64,000 bases of DNA from the NCBI GenBank assembly GCA_965113315.1, contig OZ220373.1. The stretch is one strand, 5' to 3'. How positions within the stretch are numbered: the stretch's first letter is position 1; every line of letters starts with the position of its first letter. Below are positions 28,201 through 39,784 of the stretch, piece by piece. The translations under genes were made by a program, and so were the position numbers. The stretch comes from Podarcis vaucheri (lineage: Eukaryota). The notes under the pieces were generated by a model. It saw only the letters and a program-made list of their open reading frames with translations, was not told where the DNA came from and searched no databases.

Positions 28201-30923
28201 GCAATTCAGTTTAACAGGTCAACAATTACAAATATTCTAACAAAGTAAGCTTAGGTATTGTCTTGTGGATTTAGAATAGAAGTAATTAAATCCAATTTGG
28301 AAAGCAGAATTTACAGCTCACTTAGCAAGTCAAACCCCTAAAGGGATGCTTCCAATTACAGAATTTACATGCATGGTCCAATAAGGTAATACAATGTACA
28401 TCTGAAAACCCTTAAATTGTTTAAACAATAGCCCAGTGTACAAAACCTGGTATAAACTTTTCTGCATTCATCTACAGCAGGCATAGGCAAACTCAGCCCT
28501 CTAGATGTTTTGGGACTACAACTCCCATCATCCCTAGGTAACAGGACCAGTGGTCAGCGATGATGGGAATTGTAGTCTCAAAACATCTGGAGGCCCAAGA
28601 TGCGTGATTCACAGGCACTGTTCACATGATTAAAGGACAATACTTGATCCAGATGCCACTTTTCCAGAAGTAAGAGAGGGAACCTAGACATGGTTGTATA
28701 TTCCGATACTGCCATTAAGTTTTTTTAAAAATAATAATAGTAATAGTAATAATAACAATAATTTTATTGTTTATACCTTACCCATCTGGCTGGTTTCCCT
28801 AGCCATCCTGGGCAGCTTACAGCACATATAAAAACATAGTAAAATTATATCATAATAATTATATCATTCACCAACAGTGTAACAGTAAAACTTATGCCTT
28901 TTCACATTTAGCCAACAGAATATCCACTTACACTACACTGTATTATCAATTTCAGAATACTATCACCACTTTGTGTCTATTTCCCATATTTCTCAGTACT
29001 TCTTATCAAAGCGAAGAATTCCAGGATGGCCATTAACCAGTTATCTCAGAAGTGGGGAAACAAAGCAAAGTAGGAGTGAAGTAGTGGGGAAAACAGAAGC
29101 AGATAAGTCGCAGCTGGTGTACTCAAGTCACTTCTCAGTGGTAATAAGAGAGGGAAAGGTTAGGGTGCATATTATAATTGGAATCTTGGCTCAAAATAAT
29201 GAGCATCACTCTAAGGTGCAAGTGGTCAGCATTCTCTAACTCCAGACACTCACACTGTAAAGAAACTATATTTTTGGTATTGCAAGATCATTTGTATGCA
29301 AACCTCTTACAGTTTAAAAGACTTTCTTCCTCTGTGAACCAGAGTGCCATAATAAAGAATTTGTTAGTTTTTTAAAGAGCACTGACCATGCTATTCACAG
29401 GGCAATAGATGGCCCCACTGCCCATCCACATTTATTCCTCACTCTCCTCCCTTCAGCATGAATGACAATTCACAGGCCCTGCTGCATCCTATCCTCTTTC
29501 CACACTATTAACACATCCTGGCCTCTTGGTGTGACAATACACAAGAGGATGCCCCCCCCCCATCATCACAAGGCTCAAATGTTCATTGCCATTTGCAAGA
29601 AGGGTGAGGGTTTTCACTCCTGAAATTCAGTATTTATCAACTGCTGCTAAGATGGCAGAGATAAATGCAGCCCAACACAGCCTCTATCTTCCTCCAAACC
29701 CCTCAAATAACTGGAATAGAGAGGCCTGCTAAATATACTTGTAGTCACAGGATAGGCTGGCAAAAGAGCCCTGGAACAACTCAGTAAGGCCCAGAGTCCA
29801 TAACAGGGATAGCTAACTTGGTGTCCTGCAACTGCTGTTGGATTACCAACTCTCTTCGTAACTGCTTATTCCTCATGCTGGGTGGGTGGATGGGAATTAC
29901 CTCTGCAGGTCAACACACCAGGTAACCTCAACGCACAGTAAGTCTGACCTTTTGCACTGCATTTCTGTTGTCTACAGTGCCTACATTTAAGAATGCATGT
30001 AAAGAGAACACTCATAAGAGATATACAGTGCAGTCATACCTTGGATCTCAAACGCCTTGCGAGTCGAACATTTTGGCTCCCGAACGCCGCAAACCCAGAC
30101 GTGAGTGTTCCGGTTTGCGAACATTCTTTGGAACCCTAACAACCAGCGGGGCTTCTATTTAAGTACTGAGCTACTGAAAGACCATAACTCTTAATCCTCG
30201 TAGAAGTCACGTGAATTAGGGGCCATCACTACATCCCGTGGTACGGAACTCAATAATTTAATAATGAACTGTGTGGGAAAGTGCTTCCTTTAGTTTGTCC
30301 TAAAACTAATTCAAATCAATCTCCTTGGTGATCTGAAGTTCTAGTATTATGTGAGGGGCGGCCTAAATGTGTGAACACTTAACACTGTGGGTAGTGAACA
30401 CACCTTGCTGTCTGCTGCAGTTGTGAAACTACACTAAACACATGATTAAAGCAGTTATCAGGTGCTCAGGGATGTCATTACTCACAATGAAGCGAGGAAG
30501 CCTCATTTAACATGGCAAGGACAACCACACCTCCTCTAGACTCTACACTGCACAGGTTGCACAGATGTTCTGTCCTTCCAAAAGAAAATGTGGCAAAAGC
30601 CCAACTCTACTCAGATGACAAGTTTGCTTAGTGAGATCCTGTACTGCTGCTTCCCTTCTTCCCAGAGTGATCTATCTAGTAGATCAGAACAGTCTCAACT
30701 TTTATACAGCCTCTTTGCAGCCAAGTGAATACTTACAGGAACATAAATTGCACCTTATGTGATGTAAGGAGCTTTCATCTCAAAAAAGTGCATCCATATG
30801 CATAAGCAGTTACTTGATACACTATAGATGCTATGGCCTGTCGGCTACGCAAATAAAGTCTATTGATTGATATACTATAGATAAGGGATAAGCAGGTGGC
30901 AACAGCTCAGATGGGGGAGATAT

Positions 30924-31198
30924 TGTGGTGTAGTGGTTAAGAGCGGTAGTCACGTAATCTGGGTAACCGGGTTCGCGTCTCCGCTCCTCCACATGCAGCT
31001 GCTGGGTGACCTTGGGCCAGTCACACTTCGTTGAAGTCTCTCAGCCTCACTCACCTCACTCACCTCACAGAGTGTTTGTTGTGGGGGAGGAAGGGAAAGG
31101 AGATTGTTAGCCGCTTTGAGACTCCTGAAGGGGAGTGAAAGGCGGGATATCAAATCCAAACTCCTCTTCTTCTTCTTCTTCTTCTTCTTCTTCTTCTT
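30924..31198 (+). mobile_element. tRNA-derived SINE with (CTT)n tail (Squam3-type)
   Basis: TGTGGTGTAGTGGTTAAG A box, GGTTCGCGTC B box, tail GGCGGGATATCAAATCCAAAC(TTC)n; near-identical to the 54551 and 58560 copies. Confidence 0.85.
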
Positions 31199-34100
31199 TT
31201 AGCCTTCTCCTTTTCTACCCCACTTGACAGCCACCCCTTCAGGCAGGAAATGAAAGGAGAGGTCTCATTTCCTGCTTCAAGTAGTGTCTACCAGGTGTGA
31301 AGCCACGCCTCTGCCATAGCATTTGACAAGGTCCAACCACCATATTAACAAAATTTCGTTGAGGAAACAGCATAGGTTGAGCCAGGCAAAAATTAGTTCA
31401 AGCTAACTGTTCAATTCTTCCCTAGCTTTCTGCCAGTGGGAGATCCAGATTCTCTTCATCCGAAATCTGGGACTGGGTGGCAGTGATGGGCATCACAACA
31501 AAGTCTTGGGTCACCAAAGAGCTTAACTGTGCAAAATCAGCTCTGCAAGTGAAGAACTTTGCCATTCTTGCCTTGGGCTGTGTTTCCCAACAAGAGATAG
31601 CCACAACAAATGCCCCCTTGTTACTGGCGATGCATCAATGACAATCAAATTGCTACTGTGTCAGGGCAACAGCCACTCCCTTGATTTATTTGTAACTGTA
31701 CATAGTGCCATTTTGGGGGGGGCGGGGGGGGACGACGACGTACCATCACCATTTGTTTGATACCTCTAGCGTTTGGCTACATATCTAAACTACCACTACA
31801 TTTCCAAAGTCAGACATGCCAATATTCCTACCAAAAAACACTTTGATACTTGGCAATGTGAACTATGCTATTAAACGACTAGTGGCAAATATGCAACACA
31901 GTAACTACCAATACAGATTCTTCAGTATTGTGCCTAAATGCACCATAGATGCAGACAGTAATGCTCAATTACCTTTTTTTTGTCCTTGGAAATACAACAT
32001 ATTTAAAGGAATGTGGACAATCTCACTGTATCAGTAAGAACAATCTATTGTCTCTTAATGGTTCTCTCTCATTTAGAACCAAACAATCTCTTCTTATAGT
32101 ACTGACTATATGGGTTTGTAATATCTTAAGAATTTCACATTGAACTTCACATTGAAGCAGCTCTCTGGATAGACAACTGCCATCTGAGGAATTTAAGAGT
32201 ACTGGTAAGATTGCAAATTTAGACTTCCCATCAAGTGCAGAGTAAGAAGTCTAGTCTAATAACCTCCTCTTTCCACAGCACTTTTTAAAATACACAGGTG
32301 TCAAATACTGAAGTGAGAGTCATTTTAGCTAAGCTCTTGCGAGTAACTGCTTGGAGGAGGTGCAAATTCACACATGCCCCCTTCTCTGACATTATACTGC
32401 TCAGCCAAATAGGCCTCTCACATGAGCATTTACTTGTGAGAGTGAGTCAGTGAAGATGAAACTTGCAAAAGTCTAGGTAGCTCAGTATTTCTCTTGAATC
32501 AAGAAATGCAGAAGATATCTCTGTAGTTAGAACAAAATTAAGAACAAGAATTGTTTTCCCCACATTATTTTACTAAATCCATTATTTGCTAATGAAGAGA
32601 GCAGTAATCAGCTCCTTAGGTTGCAAGCTCTGACCCAATCCATTTGTAAAAGCATCAAATACGAACATGCAGTATAATCCTTTTGGCACTCATAAGGACA
32701 TCCTGGAAAAAACATTTCCAACAATCCTGAATACATTTCAATCTAAACTAATAAGTGAACATAGGCATATAGATTGAAATTAGAATCTTACACATTTTGA
32801 CAGCTAAGTAAGAGCACCCCAAAATTTAAACAGAACACCTGACTCCTGCAACTCAGGATTAGGTAGCGTGCTGACACCTGGTCTCAATTCCCAAATTAAC
32901 AACAGATTAAAAACAGATTCTCCTCATGGCCTGGGGCAAGTCTACTAAGGCTTCAACTATCAGCAATGCACCTTAACAGGGTTATTGCAAGGTCAAGCAA
33001 GCATTTGTCAAATACTTTTAATGTGTGAAATACTATTTTAAAAACATTCTCCTGCCCTTCAGAGTGCACAAAGCCAATACTCTTGTGAGAACAGAAATTT
33101 CCAGAGGAAATTATGAAAATTTACAGACTGGGGGGAAAGCAGTTCACCTCATCTTCAGACAATGCTGTCTTGCAAACACACCTAGGAAAGTTAGAGCGCA
33201 AATAAAGATTTCCTAGCCCACATTGCCTAATAGGCCTAGGTAGTCCCTTTCTATGCATGTTGGCTCAAAGTCGATCTCACCAAGTTCAGTACTTCCAACT
33301 TAACTAATGTAAAGCTTCACAGCTTAGTGAGTACTTTTAACAAGACAAATAGCAACTTACAAATAACATTAAGGCAACCTTGTAAAACCACAATACATCA
33401 CCTGCTTTTTGCTATTAGAACTCATTTTAAACAACAGAGGACTTTCAAAAGATTACTTCCACTCCAATGCAAGTCATTCAGTTCTTCTGTACGTCCCTCA
33501 CTCCTTTGCCCAGCATGCCTATTTAAATTAAATTCTTTCAAACAGATGTTTGCTGCTTGCTACATGAGTGCATAACATGTTCACAACCTTGATCACAGCA
33601 GGTGCTCATAAGTGTGTTTTTCTAATGCATGCACTTCTGTATTTTATTTACTGGATTTATTTATATCCTGCCCTTCACCACACAGCAATTCCAAGGCAGG
33701 TTACAGTAAAAGTAAAACCACAACAGCCATTAAATAACAAAAATAAAAATTTAAAATTCACAGCACATAATACTCAAGCTGTTCCTGCAACAATACACGG
33801 CCGCAAACTCACCTCTAATCTCATACTTAGTATGATAATCAAGACTTTGTACTGCACAAGGCAGACAAATTACTCTGGAGCACAACTTAGCTCAACAGAA
33901 ATGCACTTCAAGTACATTACCTTTTACAATCAGAATCAGCCTTTCCTGTATTACAAGAACAAATCTAACCCACTCAGCAGTAAGTTAGCCTGAAGAAACT
34001 CACTTGTGTATGACCCAGCAGCCTTGACAAGAACACCAACAATTCCCAGAAGCCTCCCATGTTGACTGTCATGGCATACAGTGCTGCGCATCCCAGTCCC

Positions 34101-34353
34101 AATCTTTTACACATCAAATGATGTACACTGCCTTTTACAATATGGTGTGCCTGCAGATGTGACCAGCATCATATTGTTGGTTCTTTAACACACCTCGTTT
34201 CAGAAAGCCTCAGCTTTCAATTTTACAACTTGCGATTAGTGCAAATGGCAAAGTGCTCAACTTCTGTGTTTGCAGAATGTATAAACACTTGTCCTAATCT
34301 TGTTTTTAATGGAACCCTGGAGATAAAAGCCATAGAACTCATTTTCTCTATTT

Positions 34354-34426
34354 AAAACAAAAAAGTTTCTTCCAGTAGCACCTTAAAGACCAACTAAATT
34401 AGTTCTTGGTATGAGCTTTCGTGTGC
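34354..34426 (-). mobile_element. Penelope-like terminal-repeat fragment (3' half of hammerhead only)
   Basis: Near-identical to 60256-60324; minus strand GCACACGAAAGCTCATACC; no CTGANGA. Confidence 0.75.
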
Positions 34427-34999
34427 TGCTTTTTGTAGCACAAGTTTGAAGTAAATACTTTATTCTACTAAGAAGAATTGTGGGAGGGGGAATTTCACCC
34501 TTTTCACCCCGACTGCTAAAAAAATGTTGATGGGCTTTTGCTAACTCTTCCCTCCATCCCTCCACTCCAACAACAGAAAGTGTACACAGCAATCCTTGGC
34601 ATACTGAGAAGTCAATCTGTGCAACCTTTTAAAATACGCACATGGTTGTAAGGAAACACAGAATTCTGCAGCCGCTTGAATTTGCTTGCCTCTTACCCAA
34701 CTAACAGCATCTAAGGGAGAGAGATAAAGAATAAGTGGGTAATCCTACCCATGTTTACTCAGAGGTAAACCCCATCAACTTGCGGCGGAACCGACTCCTT
34801 AGTAACTGCGCCTAGGGCTGTAATCCTTTCATGCACACATTACTCAGGGGGTGGGGAGGGGAAAGCCTGAAGTCGCAACAGGGGCTTACTTCCGAGGAAA
34901 CACGCCTTCCGAGGTCGGCGCTCGCACAAACTCCCCGCGTCCACCAACTCCCAGGCACGTCCGCTCAGCTGCTGCTTTGCTTTGTTTTCGAAGTGGTGG

Positions 35000-36310
35000 G
35001 GCTCGAGGACTTGTTAACCCCTCTCCTCCGGAAAGTTAAAAGAACACAAACACACACACACACACCCCTCACTTGAACTGGGAGAGGACCCCCGGCGGGT
35101 GCTGGCTCCGAAGCGCACGCGCGCAACGGGGGAGGGAGCGGAGCAGAGAAGGGGCGGCGATCCCACGCGCGTTTCCCACCTTGGGAGTAATGAAAAAGAG
35201 TGGGGGGGGGGAGCTGATTGAATAGAAGGGGGTGCGTGTGTGGCCTGGCTGGCTTCCTTCCTACTAAGCTTGGTCAGAGGAGAGGGGGGGCGCAGAGTAC
35301 CAGCAAACAATCCTCCTCCCTTCCAAAGCCCCCCCCTCAGAAGGAAAGTGGGGTCTTTTGAGGGGCTGGGGGGGGCAACACCATCACCTTCCTCCTTCTC
35401 CCCTCCCCCACCCACCCGGAGGAGGCCTCCCCTCCCCCCCCGCCGCAGCGCCGCCTACTCCCACCACAACAAAGCGAGGGAGCCACCCCCCTCGCGCAGC
35501 CCAGGCCGCGGGGCCTAGGCCGCTGGGCGCCCCCCGTCCGCCCTTCCGGGACCCCCGGCCTGGGCGCCCCCTCCCCTCCCGCCGCCCCTCGACCCGCCGC
35601 CGCCCCGCGTCCCCCTCAGAGACCAACCTCCTCGCCCCCCGAGCTGCGCCTCTGCCACCCTCGCTCCTTCTCTCGTTGGCAGGCCCCTCTCCCTCTTCTC
35701 ACCCCCCCTCACCGCGAGCTCGCCGCTCCGCGCCTGCTATTGGCTGCCGGGAAGAGGCCCCTCCCGCGGCGCACCTCATTGGTCGCCTCCGCCGCCCGTC
35801 TGGGGGAAGCCGCGGCGTCGAGTGGGTAAGAAGGGAGGGGAGGGGAGGGGTTTAGAGCGGCCACGCCTCCGCCGCCTCCTCGGCCCCTCCTCCCCTCCCG
35901 CTCTCTCTTGCTGCCTCAGCTCTCATTGGAAAAGCGGCGAGTGGCGGCGCCGGCCAATCGCCTCGCACGCAGGGCGCGCGGCGTCGGAGGGGAGGCGGGA
36001 GGAGAGGGAGAGGCGCCGCCCTCGCTAGGGACGGGAGGCGCCGGCGCATTGGTCCAGGCGGGTGTCAGCTTGGCCCTCCCGCCTGTTGTCGGGCTGCACT
36101 CCCCGTATTCTCAATATTTGGGGGTTGGTTGCGCCAAGGCGGGTGGGGGGGTGGGAGAAATTGGGTTGAGCTGCAAAAGCACTAGAGGTGGAGGGAAAGG
36201 AGGTCGGCGGAGAACTCCTCCGCCAGATGCGCTTCGTAACCTTCCGCGCGGGAATTGTCTCTCTCTCTCTCTCTCTCAGCGGGAAATAGGCCCCGAGCTC
36301 CGCCACGTCC
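35000..36310 (-). promoter_or_regulatory. SMAD2: CpG island / SMAD2 promoter and probable non-coding exon 1
   Basis: Abrupt GC/CpG-rich block upstream of exon 2; CCAAT boxes at 35739, 35778, 35925, 35954, 36048; GC boxes; candidate minus-strand donors CG|GTGAGG (exon end 35713) and AA|GTGAGG (35073); TSS cannot be determined. Confidence 0.85.
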
Positions 36311-37110
36311 TAAAAGCAGAGCAAAACAACACAGTTACATACAGTTTCTCAGCTCACCTTAATAAAAATAAAGACATATTTTAAACACAATATGCCACAA
36401 AACAATCCGTTCCCGCCCCCCTCAGCCTGGCCCCGCACACGCCCAACATCACACCTGTGTGTGAGGTAAAATTTCAGAGACTGCACAGAATTAGGCCTTC
36501 AGAACAAAATATGGTTTAAGAGTGTAGCTGAGGGAATGAACTGTGGTTTGTTTGGGTTTTTTGGGAAGGAAAAACTTGGCTGTTGAAGAACCATTTCCAT
36601 AATCGCAGTGTGTGCGGTCAGGTCTGCAAAAGTGTGGATGGAGGCAGATAAAGAAGCGCCCTCAAAATGTATCCCTTAGGGAAGTTGTAAACGGAATAAC
36701 ACAGGGCCGGGAAGCTCTGGCCCTCCGGACATTGTTGGGCTCCCAGTGCTCTTTTGCCTCAGCTAGCATCCCCCAAATGGTCCAAGTCGAGCTGGAGCTG
36801 AAGTCCAACAACATCTGGACATCTACAGGTTTCCCACCGAAGGGAGGGAGACAACAGCAGTGATGGAGATCAAGTGTGCGGCCTAGCTCAAAGGTCTCTC
36901 AAAATTAGACTTCAGGTCAAAAGAACAGAAGAGAAGTCTGATGGATTTGGTTCTCAAAATGGCCAGTGGGTATGACCTGAATGTCAGTATTCTGGCCCGC
37001 TATCAGCACAACATGATGTGAAATTAGGGGACAGGAGATGTATCTGGCTGTGATCCTTCATATTCACTTACTTTCTAAAAGATGTGTTTTTCAAAGATGG
37101 CACCCTTCAA

Positions 37111-37832
37111 AGAATCATAGAACCATAGAGTTGGAAGAGACCACAAGGGCCATCGAGTCCAACCCCCTGCCAAGCAGGAAACACCATCAGAGCACTCCTG
37201 ACATATGGTTGTCAAGCCTCTGCTTAAAGACCTCCAAAGTAGGAGACTCCACCACACTCCTTGGCAGCAAATTCCACTGTCGAACAGCTCTTACTGTCAG
37301 GAAGTTCTTCCTAATGTTTAGGTGGAATCTTCTTTCTTGTAGTTTGGATCCATTGCTCCGTGTCCGCTTCTCTGGAGCAGCAGAAAACAACAATTCTCCC
37401 TCCTCTATGTGACATCCTTTTATATATTTGAACATGGCTATCATATCACCCCTTAACCTCCTCTTCTCCAGGCTAAACATGCCCAGCTCCCTTAGCCATT
37501 CCTCATAAGGCATCGTTTCCAGGCCTTTGACCATTTTGGTTGCCCTCCTCTGGACACATTCCAGTTTGTCAGTGTCCTTCTTGAACTTTGGTGCCCAGAA
37601 ATGGACACAGTACTCCAGGTGAGGTCTGACCAGAGCAGAATACAGTGGCACTATTACTTCCCTTGATCTAGATGCTATACTCCTATTGATGCAGCTCAGA
37701 ATTGCATTGGCTTTTTTAGCTGCCGTGTCACACTGTTGGCTCATGTCAAGTTTGTGGTCAACCAAGACTCCTAGATCCTTTTCACATGTACTGCTCTCAA
37801 GCCAGGTGTCACCCATCTTGTATTTGTGCATC
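37111..37832 (-). mobile_element. Young CR1 LINE, 5'-truncated (ORF2 C-terminus intact)
   Basis: [12 protein letters not shown]...[18 protein letters not shown]...LFS; 3' ATTCTRTG-like tail. Confidence 0.93.
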
Positions 37833-38477
37833 TCATGAAGCACTCTACTCCTGAGGAGCCAGAATTTCTGGAAAAAAATGGCAGTGTCATTGCCATAATT
37901 TGGTCCATAAAGGGCTAAACTATCTCTGATGATAACCATTCAAAAAGGAAATGGCTGAATAAACATCACAAGTCTTTTGCTCCTTGGGAAGGCTAATGCC
38001 TTAACTGGCCCCTAGGTACAGTCTTTAACACCAGCTTGATCTACAACAATTCACGGGTGATAATGTACCAGCAAAAAGTGCTTCCAGCTGCATACAGTTT
38101 TTATCAAGTCCTTATTCCTTTGTAAAGTTCTAATTCCTCAGGAAATAGATTATTTTTATGCTGAGCTTAAGTGAGATAGTTGCTAGGTAGAACTTTTCCG
38201 ATTTGTTCAGAGATAACAGAAATCCCTCCTGTTGCAAAATAAACCTTATCTGAGTACCAATGAGATCTTTATCAAGAACTGGCCAAATGAACAGTCCTCC
38301 CACTCCTATTTCAGCAACCCAAGAAAAGTTAGCTATTCTGTGCATGCCAAATTGCTATTATGGGGATTTAATGCACATCTTTTATATGTATGTGGCCTTA
38401 TTAGTGATTGAACTATTTTGCTCAATCCTTGCCCCTCCTGGTAAGCAACAGCGACTCAGCTGCTGAGAAGCTAGGGT

Positions 38478-38721
38478 AGCAACTAAATTTGGAATACTGT
38501 GTACAGTTCTGGTTGCCTCACCTCAAAAAGGATATTACAGAATTGGAAAAGGTTCAGGAAAAGGCAACCAAAATGATTGGGAAAATTCAGCCACTCTTGT
38601 CAGGAAAGCTTGCAGCATTTGGGAGAGGTGACACGATAGTTTATAAAATTATGCATGGGATGGAGACCTCATAACACTAGACCTTGTGGACATCCAATGA
38701 AGCTGAATGTTGGAAGGTTCA
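38478..38721 (+). mobile_element. Old CR1 LINE fragment (resumes at 39812-40190)
   Basis: [30 protein letters not shown]; degraded; continuation GATGGCCACCAACTTGGATGGCTTTAAA after the inserted elements. Confidence 0.75.
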
Positions 38722-39271
38722 GAAGACAAGCGAACTAATGCCAGTGTACTGGAAGAAGCAAAGATCCCCAGTGTCGAAGCAATGATTCTTCAACATCAAC
38801 TTCGTTGGACTGGTCATGTTGTGCAGATGCCTGATTATCGTCTTCCAAAGCAACTATTCCGAACTTAAAAATGGAAGGCGCAATGCTGATGGTCAAAGAC
38901 TCTCTTAAAGGCAAATCTTTAAAAATGTAGTATAAACACCAACAACTGCTGTTTGGAGAACAGCCTTTACCAAAGGTATTGTGGACTTTGAAGACGCTCA
39001 AACTTAGGACGAAAGGAAGAAATGTGCTAAGAGGAAGGCACGCTTGGCAAACCTTCACCGTGATCAACCCCTGCCCAGAAACCTATGTTCCCACTGTGGA
39101 AGGACGTGTTGGATCCAGAATTGGCCTCCACAGTCTCTTATGGACTCAACTTTTAAAATCGTGTTTATGGAAGACAATCTTACTTGGCGACGAGTGATCG
39201 CAGAAGAGGAGGAGGAAGAAGAAGAAGCAGAAGAAGAAGCAGAAGAAGAAGCAGAAGAAGAAGCAGAAGAA
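38722..39271 (+). mobile_element. RTE-clade LINE 3' part with (GAA)n tail
   Basis: Degraded QLRWTGHVVQMPDYRLPKQL and C-x2-C / SRIGLHS zinc-knuckle remnant; GAA / GAAGAAGAAGCA tail; a second short 3' end at 39934-39993. Confidence 0.8.
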
Positions 39272-39283
39272 CTCACAGTACTT

Positions 39284-39784
39284 ACCTGGAGTACTGTGTC
39301 CAGTTCTGGGCACCACAGTTCAAGAAGGACACTGACAAACTGGAACGTGTCCAGAGGAGGGCAACCAAAATGGTCCAAGGCCTGGAAACGATGCCTTATG
39401 AGGAATGGCTAAGGGAGCTGGGCATGTTTAGCCTGGAGAAGAGGAGGTTAAGGGGTGATATGATAGCCATGTTCAAATATATAAAAGGATGTCACATAGA
39501 GGAGGGAGAAAGGTTGTTTTTTGCTGCTCCAGAGAAGCGGACACAAAGCAATGGATCCAAACTACAAGAAAGAAGATTCCACCTAAACATTAGGAAGAAC
39601 TTCCTGACAGTAAGAGCCGTTCGACAGTGGAATTTTCTGCCAAGGAGTGTGGTGGAGTCTCCTCCTTTGGAGGTCTTTAAGCAGAGGCTTGACAACCATA
39701 TGTCAGGAGTGCTCTGATGGTGTTTCCTGCTTGGCAGGGGGTTGGACTCGATGGCCCTTGTGGTCTCTTCCAACTGTATGATTC
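39284..39784 (+). mobile_element. Young CR1 LINE 3' end, inverted near-identical partner of 37111-37832
   Basis: [29 protein letters not shown]...LDNHMSGVL* intact. Confidence 0.93.

Noticed and set aside
35014-36384. Pro/Arg/Gly-rich ORFs in the CpG island
   Set aside because: Low-complexity, stop-poor GC sequence open in many frames; no recognisable domain
37187-37939. 250-aa ORF as a functional gene or active retrotransposon
   Set aside because: Only the C-terminus of CR1 ORF2, with no RT catalytic core or endonuclease; 5'-truncated
39044-39717. Poly-Glu / poly-Arg-Ser ORFs and a 177-aa protein
   Set aside because: Translations of the RTE (GAA)n tail running into a CR1 fragment
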